Of a stretch of 64,000 nt of DNA, positions 56,106-64,000 are shown piece by piece. The notes beneath the pieces were generated by a model. It worked only from the letters and a program-made list of their open reading frames with translations, was not told the origin of the DNA and searched no databases. This DNA is from a virus. A program made the translations under genes and the position numbers. The stretch lies in IMG/VR virus record IMGVR_UViG_3300036546_000248; one strand, given 5' to 3'. Position 1 is the first letter of the stretch; each line of letters opens with the position of its first letter.

Positions 56106-56612
56106 TTACGTTGTGGTGATGAAATTGCGCAGATAGACTTTACGGCTGAAACCAACGTTCTGAGCAAAGAGGATCAGGAGGTGTCCGTCACCACTTTCTT
56201 CTGGACACAAGGCCACATTGATACCCGCAGCTTCCAAGCGAACCAGGTTCTTACGGATTAGGCCTACATCAGACACCAACAGTGCTCGAGCCGAAGTCAT
56301 CATCGCATTGATGTGGCTAGAGAGGTCCAGGCGCAGCTCTGGGGTGTCTTTACCTTGCAGTGCAGACTTCAGGACATCGAAGCGCAGGATCAGGCTTCCT
56401 ACGGCATCGGTCTTGAACGTTGGACGAATGGCGTCGGTTACCACACGCTGTTCTTGTGTCGGTGTCGCCTCATGGTGCGCCATGTCCGCAGCCAAGTCAT
56501 TACCCTTGTGTTGAGACCCTTCACTTTCCATAAAGGTCTGTAGGTTCTGGTTCAATGCATCCATGTCCAGATGGAAGTGGGTATCGGTGTTCAGAGTGTC
56601 GATGGTATTCAT
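56106..56612 (-). CDS. Hypothetical protein
   Basis: 168 aa, AAGGA RBS. Confidence 0.7.
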   Translation of the reverse strand: MNTIDTLNTDTHFHLDMDALNQNLQTFMESEGSQHKGNDLAADMAHHEATPTQEQRVVTDAIRPTFKTDAVGSLILRFDVLKSALQGKDTPELRLDLSSHINAMMTSARALLVSDVGLIRKNLVRLEAAGINVALCPEESGDGHLLILFAQNVGFSRKVYLRNFITTT

Positions 56613-56640
56613 GGTACTTTTCCTTAAAAGTCAGACAAGT

Positions 56641-56901
56641 TTATTCTTCGAAGCGTGCTTGGATATTCTTCAAGGTTTCAGCAGCTGCTTCTTCACCGTA
56701 CTCTTTGCGTACGATATCGAGCATCTCCACAATCTCATCACGCAACATGATGGTGGCGTTATAAGCAACGGTGACGTGTACCGCCTCATCGAAGTAGCGT
56801 TCAGAATCCTCCACCATCGGGAATCGGCGGAAGAGGTCAAACCACATACGGGCAACTGCTACTTCAAACAGATACAGCTGTTCCAACAAACGGACCATCA
56901 C
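56641..56901 (-). CDS. Hypothetical protein
   Basis: 86 aa, AAGGAGG RBS. Confidence 0.65.
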   Translation of the reverse strand: MMVRLLEQLYLFEVAVARMWFDLFRRFPMVEDSERYFDEAVHVTVAYNATIMLRDEIVEMLDIVRKEYGEEAAAETLKNIQARFEE

Positions 56902-56949
56902 ACACCCTCCTTAGGGCTATAGACTGGGGTCCGAAGACCCCGACGGTTT

Positions 56950-57402
56950 TTACTGACCGACGTTCATCTGAGCGTAGGCTTTCTTGTTATAGCGATCGAC
57001 CATGCTCTTCTGCATCTCAACCAAACGCAGACCGAGATTGGGGTTGCCGGGAATGCCGAGAATGGTATTGAACTCGTCGGAGGTGAGTTCGTTAGGATAC
57101 ATCCAACGCAGCTCCCGTGGTAGGTTGGTCACCACGATCACAGCATCGTGTGGTTGAACCTTATCAAGCTTCCGGGCACGGCGCTCGAATATCACCAGAT
57201 TGCCCAGAGGACTGCCGATGATGATCCCATTACGCATCATGTTGTCCACGAAGCGTACCACTTCACCGTCTTCCAACTCAAGGTCATCATGGACCAAGTG
57301 ATCGAAATACCCGGTTCCGTTATTCCACTTGGGATCGAATGGTACGAAGCGTTCGATCTTGGCCAACACATTGTCGATCTGACGGATAGTGGGGTGAGTC
57401 AT
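56950..57402 (-). CDS. Hypothetical early protein
   Basis: 150 aa, AGGAG RBS, WNNGTGYFD motif. Confidence 0.7.
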   Translation of the reverse strand: MTHPTIRQIDNVLAKIERFVPFDPKWNNGTGYFDHLVHDDLELEDGEVVRFVDNMMRNGIIIGSPLGNLVIFERRARKLDKVQPHDAVIVVTNLPRELRWMYPNELTSDEFNTILGIPGNPNLGLRLVEMQKSMVDRYNKKAYAQMNVGQ

Positions 57403-57461
57403 TGTGAATCTCCTGAGATTACGAGGGTTAATGAATAAGAGTTTGTAACTTATTCCCTTGA

Positions 57462-57469
57462 GTAATATG
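57462..57469 (-). promoter_or_regulatory. Early promoter variant (CATATTAC)
   Basis: ATTTTCAAATA-CATATTAC, 60 nt upstream of 57402. Confidence 0.65.
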
Positions 57470-57525
57470 TATTTGAAAATATTTTATTTGGTATCCTGTG
57501 ACTCCCAAGCCTTAGGACATAAACC

Positions 57526-58749
57526 ATGGCCTCCACTATCAAGGACACCTTCAAGAAGGAATTGTCCTACCTTGAGATTGACAGTAAGTTGGTCAAACGG
57601 TTGGCCAATTTCAAACACAGCTTCATTAACCGCAACGACGACCACATCAAGTTCTTTGGGGGAAACCTCCTCGGGGTTGAAGTCGTCCGTTATCTGCAAG
57701 CCGACCGGGACACGTGGTTCGGGGAAGTGTTGGATATTGACGATGACGCCCTGACAGAATCACTCTACTCCTTGGAAGTGATCAACGAAGAATACAAACG
57801 TACCTCGGACGTGGTGAACCTCACCAGTGCGTGGTTGCTCCATGCGCTGTACACCTCCAGTAAGCTGACGGTGCGTGAGAAAGAACAAGCCATGATCGAT
57901 GTGGCGTACATGCTTCAGGTCAAGTTCATCACCAGCATCTTCGCCCACTACTTCAAATACCCAGCCGACAAAGAGTTGGCCCAAGCGGTCTACGAGTCGT
58001 TGAGTAAGAAGTATGCCTTGAAGCAACACGGTAGCTGGCATGCGTTGTTTACCGCCCGTTCACAAGACATCATAGCTCGCAACGGTATTCATCATAAGAC
58101 GATCAAAGACTTTACAGACGATGATGCAATTTTGTACCTAATTACAGACGTGCAGGGTCGTATCCGTGAAGTCGTCAAAAAGATGTATGCGGTAATGATC
58201 GAGCTGAAGGACAATCAGCAACGCATTTCGTCGACCAGCAGTACGGTGGCCATCGATGGGGAGAATATCCTCAAAGACCGCCAGCGCAGCATCAGCAACT
58301 ACAAGCGGTATATCCACACGATCATCGTAGACCGCGACACCTTCATTCGCAATGAGGTTTTGTCGGTGATCAACGATGCCATGCACACCATGCCTCCGAA
58401 GCTTCTAGTCGAGGTGTTGGAATACTGTTCGGCGAACTATGGTAAGGCTCGACATGAGAACATCGGTGAACTCTGTGACGAGACCCTGCTCCATGCGTTT
58501 GAGTTCTTGTCACAAAACCGTGCCTTGATCCGCAACCAATCGAACCTCTCGAGTCTGGTCAGTCGCCTTCGAAACCTGTACATGGCATCGAAGATGAATG
58601 ACCCAACCCTCCTCAAGATGAAGAGATTGGCTGAAGAGATCGTCTCTAAGTCAGCTACCACCAAGTCCAGTTCGGTTCAAGCGAGTCTGCGTACAGGCTT
58701 GCAACTGTATATCGTCTTGCGCACGTTCACCATGGAGTATTACTCATGA
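57526..58749 (+). CDS. Conserved core protein, probably virion structural
   Basis: 407 aa, FFGGNLLGV and RTGLQLYIVLR, AGGA RBS. Confidence 0.7.
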   Translation: MASTIKDTFKKELSYLEIDSKLVKRLANFKHSFINRNDDHIKFFGGNLLGVEVVRYLQADRDTWFGEVLDIDDDALTESLYSLEVINEEYKRTSDVVNLTSAWLLHALYTSSKLTVREKEQAMIDVAYMLQVKFITSIFAHYFKYPADKELAQAVYESLSKKYALKQHGSWHALFTARSQDIIARNGIHHKTIKDFTDDDAILYLITDVQGRIREVVKKMYAVMIELKDNQQRISSTSSTVAIDGENILKDRQRSISNYKRYIHTIIVDRDTFIRNEVLSVINDAMHTMPPKLLVEVLEYCSANYGKARHENIGELCDETLLHAFEFLSQNRALIRNQSNLSSLVSRLRNLYMASKMNDPTLLKMKRLAEEIVSKSATTKSSSVQASLRTGLQLYIVLRTFTMEYYS

Positions 58750-59075
58750 TCAAATTAGGTCGTAGTAGTGACACGGTGTTCGAACATTACGCTGCGTACC
58801 CGAAGTTACCTTTTGGTCGGGCTCGAGAGTTCCTTGAAGTCAAAGATTCTCAAGTGGTGATCAAACGACAAACCACGACTGAGTACGTCCATTGGGGTAT
58901 TTTCTCGTGGCCCAAGCGTAAGAAGGTCAGCTTCATCATCTACGTGACACATTACTTCCGCAACGGCCTAACCGGCGGGGTAGCAATGTACAACGTGGAT
59001 AAAGGCGTCTTGGAAGAACACGTAGAGAAGTGTTACCAGCATCCACCGCGTCCTAACTGGATTGTGTTGACATAA
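58746..59075 (+). CDS. Hypothetical protein
   Basis: 109 aa, ATGA-coupled. Confidence 0.6.
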   Translation: MIKLGRSSDTVFEHYAAYPKLPFGRAREFLEVKDSQVVIKRQTTTEYVHWGIFSWPKRKKVSFIIYVTHYFRNGLTGGVAMYNVDKGVLEEHVEKCYQHPPRPNWIVLT

Positions 59076-59114
59076 AAGGCTAGAGAGGAGGCGTTGCCTC
59101 CTCTCTTATGCCGC
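59069..59114. terminator. Bidirectional terminator
   Basis: GACATAAAA, AGAGAGGAGGC-GTT-GCCTCCTCTCT, TATGCCG. Confidence 0.8.
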
Positions 59115-59828
59115 TTACCAATTGGCGTACAGCTCATCGACCTCTGCTTGCGACAACAACTTGTTGTAAATCACCAAATCAGACACCAACCCCACGTTCT
59201 TCTCCCCCGTCTCCAACTCGTTAATCGAGCCGCACAGGTAATTACCCAGAGGCGGTCTGTAATTGGAAGCCTGAAGCAACGACAAGACACCATTGATGTA
59301 AATGCGATAGTTGCTACCGTCATAGGACAACGTCAACATGTGCCAACCTGTTGCTCCGATGGCATCAGGTGCTCGGTAACTAATGCCGTTGAAATGAATG
59401 TACGGACGCCCAGGGTAGGTCGGACTCAACTTAAAGGTAAAGTTTGCCTGATTACCTGAGTAGGTAAAGAAGTGTTGATAACCGTCAAGACTTCGTGCGT
59501 GATACCACAGGTTTATTGTCCATTGTGCCGGTAGCTGAAGATCAGTCATCTTGATCCAGCCGGCGTTGATAAAGTCAACACAATCGCGACCATTCAACTT
59601 ACGTTCAAACGCATTAAGTCCTAACGTGGTGCTGGGGTCATACAACTGGGCTACGCTCATCCCTGTGGCATAGTGTCGCAACTTATTCTCTTCTAGGTAG
59701 TAATTGACCCCAACCTTCAACCACTTCGCATTGTGCTTCTGCCATGTCGACCGCGGCTTAAGCCAGGCTCCTTGTCGTTTAAAGCGGGTAAGCCCAATTC
59801 CCCACTTACCGTTAGCTTTAACTTTCAT
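59115..59828 (-). CDS. LamG/concanavalin A-like lectin-domain protein (tail-associated candidate)
   Basis: WTINLW, WHMLTLSYDGSNYRIYING and SDLVIYNKLLSQAEVDELY, with N-terminal Trp repeats. Confidence 0.8.
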   Translation of the reverse strand: MKVKANGKWGIGLTRFKRQGAWLKPRSTWQKHNAKWLKVGVNYYLEENKLRHYATGMSVAQLYDPSTTLGLNAFERKLNGRDCVDFINAGWIKMTDLQLPAQWTINLWYHARSLDGYQHFFTYSGNQANFTFKLSPTYPGRPYIHFNGISYRAPDAIGATGWHMLTLSYDGSNYRIYINGVLSLLQASNYRPPLGNYLCGSINELETGEKNVGLVSDLVIYNKLLSQAEVDELYANW

Positions 59829-59940
59829 GTCGGCTCCACCGTTTTAAAGCGGGTTAGGTCTACCCATTCATACGATTTCTGGACCAAGGCGGCAAAAAAA
59901 AACAAGGGAGCCTAAGCCCCCTTGTTAAAACGAACATCGT

Positions 59941-60270
59941 TCATTTGAAGAACTCGACGACCTCATAACGGTCATTGACTTGGGTTTGTTGGATGATGCG
60001 GCCTTGTGAGTCGACAATCAGACCGATACAGAGTTGCGGGAAGAGGTAAAAGCGTCGCGAGGAACGACTGTCGGCGAGAGTGATGCGGTGATACATACGG
60101 TCATCCCACGTACCGATGGTTCTCGACATCGCGTCGGTTTCCAGACTTTGCATAGGTTTGAGCGCAGTATCGACCTTCTCTACGATGTAACCGTTGGACA
60201 CCATTTGGTGACCGTAGCGCAGTTCCATCACAGGAACTAATTGGGAGGTTTTTGCTTCTTTAACTTTCAT
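59941..60270 (-). CDS. Hypothetical protein
   Basis: 109 aa from ATG 60270, 4 nt after the upstream stop. Confidence 0.6.
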   Translation of the reverse strand: MKVKEAKTSQLVPVMELRYGHQMVSNGYIVEKVDTALKPMQSLETDAMSRTIGTWDDRMYHRITLADSRSSRRFYLFPQLCIGLIVDSQGRIIQQTQVNDRYEVVEFFK

Positions 60271-60274
60271 GGCG

Positions 60275-61282
60275 TTATTCCATAGAGTTTGGGGTGTATT
60301 GTGGGTTGAGTACAAAGACATCGTTGTCACGAACTTCGTAGTCCGTACAGTAGGTGCCCCTCCCGACGATGTCAAGTTGACCAATCAGGCGACGGATCAG
60401 GAAGGGGAGGTTTTGCCAATAACCTTGTTTTACCCTTAGAAAGGCGTAGGCTACGTCGTTGGTGGTGTAACACAACCGTTCTTCTTCGTCGCGGTAGAAC
60501 GACAGTTTGAAGGCTAAAGGTTGTTTAATGTTGGGATGTACGGTGAAGTTCTCAATCTCCACCACAACTTCATCACAAGACAGGTACTGACCCACCACGG
60601 TCAGCTCTGCCCAGTCGGGCGTACCTGGGTTGTCGTTCTTCAGCGCTTCGAAAGCACCACCCTCCATTCGGTCACAGAAGTAGAGATACTCCTCCCCTAT
60701 TTGAGCATAGTCAACGTAAGCGACCGGCGTAGTGTTCAACAACACATTCAAGTCGGTGCGCTCAACCTGCTCAAGTTCGTTGGTGTAGTAAACTCGCTCT
60801 ATGGTGAAATCGGGGTAGATGGTCTCAAACTCGCTAAGGGAGTGACCGCTAGGGTTAATCACCTTCAACGGACTGTAGAACCAAGTACTTCCGGAGCCGT
60901 AAGAGAAGAGTTGGTAAGGACGTGCATAGTCAGCCAACTCCCCTGCAATGTATTGTTTGTTGAGTAAGAGGTAGTAGTACCACCCCATCAACCGAACCGG
61001 CTCTGGTAGCGTGGTGTTGCTACGCTCGTTCTTCTTGAAGTGAACCTGCCCGTAATTCTCTGCTGGGTTTTTGTAGATCATGGCGTGGACTTGGCTTTTC
61101 GGACCGCGTCCTGCCACCATTTCCCAAAACAAACGCCGTTGTTCTTCCTGACCCAGTATATCAATCTGGGTGGCCGTAAGTCGCAGGGCTTGTTCGATGC
61201 CAGGGATCATACTGGCCATCCCTGAAGATGAGAGGATTGATTGAGCGATGTCTTTACAAGCCCGACTGTAATCATTGTTCAT
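60275..61282 (-). CDS. Hypothetical protein
   Basis: 335 aa, GAGG RBS. Confidence 0.7.
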   Translation of the reverse strand: MNNDYSRACKDIAQSILSSSGMASMIPGIEQALRLTATQIDILGQEEQRRLFWEMVAGRGPKSQVHAMIYKNPAENYGQVHFKKNERSNTTLPEPVRLMGWYYYLLLNKQYIAGELADYARPYQLFSYGSGSTWFYSPLKVINPSGHSLSEFETIYPDFTIERVYYTNELEQVERTDLNVLLNTTPVAYVDYAQIGEEYLYFCDRMEGGAFEALKNDNPGTPDWAELTVVGQYLSCDEVVVEIENFTVHPNIKQPLAFKLSFYRDEEERLCYTTNDVAYAFLRVKQGYWQNLPFLIRRLIGQLDIVGRGTYCTDYEVRDNDVFVLNPQYTPNSME

Positions 61283-61308
61283 GGAGGATATCCTCGTTGC
61301 GTTTAAGG

Positions 61309-61923
61309 TTAGGCTGAAAGCTCTGCGACACGCAAAGCTTCTTGTGCAATTGGGGTGTTAAGGAACTGACTAGCCCAGACTTGACCTTCAGGGGTGTACA
61401 GATTGATCCGGTGTTTAACCTCGGCCTTTTTGGCAATCTGTAGGGTGGTATTGGTACCACCGCGCACTTTCTCGGTTTTACCCACAGGAATGGCCCAATA
61501 CACCAAGTACTCAACCTTGTCTTGAAGACTAGCCCCATGTATCTGCATGACGTTGCGACTGTGAAGATTGATACCCCAGTCATCCAACCCATGAAAGCTT
61601 CCGCGCGCTTCGAGTGCCATTTGTTTGGCCTTCTCAAAGGTTGGGAACCGTTGAGCATTGTAGAAAAAGTTCTTCGGATCAGCTTTCCTGCCCCGCACCC
61701 ACTCATCACACAAGTAAATACGTGCACCGATCTTACGGTAAAAAGGACTCAACAGAGCACCCTCCCAGAAGGCTCTATCAGCCCCTCTGGCGTCACCTGA
61801 AGATAATCCGTACCCTAGGGCATAAAAGACCACAGCAAGCTTCTGCATGAGCTTACAGACGTCTTCCGGTGTATCCCGACTCCCAACCCCTGCGAACCAA
61901 CCTTTGAACTCGGGTGTGGACAT
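61309..61923 (-). CDS. SLOG-superfamily (DprA/Smf-like) nucleotide-binding protein
   Basis: AGVGSR.TP, SGDARGAD.AF, LHSRN..QI.G and GGT. Confidence 0.75.
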   Translation of the reverse strand: MSTPEFKGWFAGVGSRDTPEDVCKLMQKLAVVFYALGYGLSSGDARGADRAFWEGALLSPFYRKIGARIYLCDEWVRGRKADPKNFFYNAQRFPTFEKAKQMALEARGSFHGLDDWGINLHSRNVMQIHGASLQDKVEYLVYWAIPVGKTEKVRGGTNTTLQIAKKAEVKHRINLYTPEGQVWASQFLNTPIAQEALRVAELSA

Positions 61924-61925
61924 GG

Positions 61926-62369
61926 TCAATCCTTAACAAGCTTGAGTTCTTTACGAGCATTCATTGCTACCTTGCCCAAGTAGTCCTTCTTATCGAAGGG
62001 GATACGGTAAACAATGGCTACGTGGTCTGTTGTGTCGGTGCGATTCATGACGTAGTGTTCAATTGAATCGACATCGCCCACGCGAAGGTGCGTAAACACC
62101 TCGGTCAAACACCCCTGCATCCAATCCGCATACTGCAACATGTCGTTGTTATCAGCATCGTACATGATCACATGAAGGTCGTTACAGGTGTGCTCAACAT
62201 CATTGACGATGAACAAACACCCCTCTCCCCGAGAGAGTTCTATCTCGCGGTATTTAAAACCCATTTCAAAATGCTTACCACTAAACGTTTCGATACACCC
62301 CAAATAGTTCAAAGGGTTGGTGGGTAAGATCTTCTCGTCACGAGCAAAGACAATAAAGACAACAGACAT
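61926..62369 (-). CDS. Hypothetical protein
   Basis: 147 aa, AAGGA RBS. Confidence 0.7.
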   Translation of the reverse strand: MSVVFIVFARDEKILPTNPLNYLGCIETFSGKHFEMGFKYREIELSRGEGCLFIVNDVEHTCNDLHVIMYDADNNDMLQYADWMQGCLTEVFTHLRVGDVDSIEHYVMNRTDTTDHVAIVYRIPFDKKDYLGKVAMNARKELKLVKD

Positions 62370-62449
62370 AATTTATTTTCCTTAAAAGAGGGCATAAGTA
62401 ATCGGGACCGAAGTCCCGATTGCCAAGGTTATTTACAGACAGCTTCCCT

Positions 62450-63274
62450 TTAAACGCGCGGAGTGACGACCCCGGTCTGGAACATATATTTGCCTTCGCG
62501 GTCGGCGTAGGACGTTATGCAGTCTTGGTCGCTCTCGAAGAACAAGAACTGTGCAATACCCTCATTAGCGTAGATCTTCATCGGTAGGTTAGTGGCATTA
62601 GAAATTTCAATGACCACATTACCTTCGAACTCAGCTTCGATCGGCGTCACGTTGACGATAGCACCGGCACGCGCCAGGGTTGATTTACCAACAGCGATAA
62701 CCGTAACGTTACGCGGAATGCGGAAGTATTCCACAGTACGGCCCAAAAGGTACGAGTTCGGAGGTAGGATCACGTACTCGTCGCCGGTTTCATCAGTGTG
62801 GACCACCGCATCTACCAAACACTGGGTGTCAAAGCGCTTAGGGTCGATGATCGCTGAGTTGAGGTTGGTAAAGAGTTTGAACTCGGTAGACAACCGCACA
62901 TCGTAGCCGTAGCTGGAAGTACCGAAAGAAATCAGCCGTTCCCCTTTGCGATAAAGACCACCGTCCTTTTCCACTACCTCGTCTTCCAACAATCCATTAT
63001 AGTGATCGAACTTATCAGACTCAGACAACGGACTGTCTTCACGGTAACGCACTTGGACACCTACGAAGGGTTCGATCATCGGCTTCCAGTCGATCTTGGC
63101 AAGATCCTCAGGACGCAAACGAGTTGCGATGTAACGCTGTTCTTTACTTTCGAGTTCTTTGGGGGTATGGGTGATACCTTCCCACGCCAGTGTAGTGTCA
63201 CGACCATGAACGGTGTGAAGGGCATGGCTGGGAGGAGTAGATTGAGTAGCAATCCATTTGTCGGATTTGATCAT
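62450..63274 (-). CDS. dcd: dCTP deaminase with N-terminal insertions
   Basis: [48 protein letters not shown] and SYADREGKY. Start at ATG 63274. Confidence 0.92.
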   Translation of the reverse strand: MIKSDKWIATQSTPPSHALHTVHGRDTTLAWEGITHTPKELESKEQRYIATRLRPEDLAKIDWKPMIEPFVGVQVRYREDSPLSESDKFDHYNGLLEDEVVEKDGGLYRKGERLISFGTSSYGYDVRLSTEFKLFTNLNSAIIDPKRFDTQCLVDAVVHTDETGDEYVILPPNSYLLGRTVEYFRIPRNVTVIAVGKSTLARAGAIVNVTPIEAEFEGNVVIEISNATNLPMKIYANEGIAQFLFFESDQDCITSYADREGKYMFQTGVVTPRV

Positions 63275-63388
63275 GGTAGTGTCCTTAAGGTTAAGGTCAG
63301 TTGAAGATTCCTTTATATAGTTTAGGTTTTTAATATTTTTTAATGAGGGGTGGGGTGGCATAAACGGGAGTGTTACCTCCCGTTTAAG

Positions 63389-64000
63389 TCAGTGTCTGAG
63401 TGTGAACTCGAAGTCCCGCATACCACGCAGGGATGAGGGGTAGTAACGATTCTCTGTATACGCCGGATAGGACAGCACATCTAACCCTGTGACATATACA
63501 CCTTCAGGAACCGTGTAGGTGTAGCGTTCGCCGAGTACGTTGCGCGTTACCTTTTCTTCAAAACCTGCATCCCCTTTGTATATTAGTTGTCCTGACGGAC
63601 CATGAGCCCACGCATCGATGGTTCCGATGGTTTGAGTCGTCCCGTTACTCAAGTGAATCCTGATGTAGTTGAGGTGCAAACCTTCCACTGGGTTGTTGTA
63701 ATACCCGGTGAATGTTGCACTAACCTTACGGATTTTTGATAAGGTGTCGACAGAAAACTTGCTAACCATAGGCGGGTAGTTATTTTGAACGGTCGGATAG
63801 ACATCGCGGTACCATCCGCGCACACTGTCGTATACCCACCCAGAAGGGTTTGCGATAACGTCAGAGATTTGAGTGAGACTCAGTAACTCAATTCCGTCAA
63901 TGACTCGCCACTCCCCGCTTTGTTTTAACAAGGTGCTCTGAGGAGTGATCCAACCAAGGTTTGTCAATCGGGCCTTAAGGGAACCTTCCGACCACTTCCC
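63389..64000 (-). CDS. Putative tail-associated beta-rich protein (5' partial)
   Basis: The frame is open to the window edge (GKWSEGSLKARLTNLGW...) and shares the Trp-repeat N-module of 59115-59828. Confidence 0.55.
   Translation of the reverse strand, partial: GKWSEGSLKARLTNLGWITPQSTLLKQSGEWRVIDGIELLSLTQISDVIANPSGWVYDSVRGWYRDVYPTVQNNYPPMVSKFSVDTLSKIRKVSATFTGYYNNPVEGLHLNYIRIHLSNGTTQTIGTIDAWAHGPSGQLIYKGDAGFEEKVTRNVLGERYTYTVPEGVYVTGLDVLSYPAYTENRYYPSSLRGMRDFEFTLRH

Noticed and set aside
1..64000. Alternative genetic code
   Set aside because: Core genes are intact in the standard code and all three stop codons are used. The two premature stops are explained by introns.

Overview
This is a 64-kb segment of a nucleus-forming jumbo phage (phiKZ-like, Chimalliviridae), spanning the conserved core block. 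It contains the split family-B DNA polymerase (two genes 35 kb apart), a virion RNAP beta' piece, an SF2 helicase and three non-virion RNAP catalytic subunits plus the gp68-like subunit. It also contains PicA/Imp1-like and ChmC-like nuclear proteins, chimallin (ChmA), the tubulin PhuZ, an SbcD-like nuclease, dCTP deaminase, head proteins with S/A/G-x-E maturation sites and many small accessory ORFs. Two IA2-type group I introns can be mapped to the base. An ORF-less 357-nt intron splits motif A of the DNA polymerase N-half (5493-5849). A 1390-nt HNH-carrying intron splits the NADFDG/D catalytic motif of the nvRNAP beta' subunit (34459-35848). A freestanding double GIY-YIG endonuclease follows the virion RNAP gene. 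Five intergenic stretches without credible ORFs look structured. The most striking (9421-9595) displays a 13-nt perfect complement of the 16S rRNA 3' end with no downstream start codon. A TTTATGCCG motif is attached to most terminators. phiKZ orthologue numbers come from remembered gene order and motifs, not from a database search.
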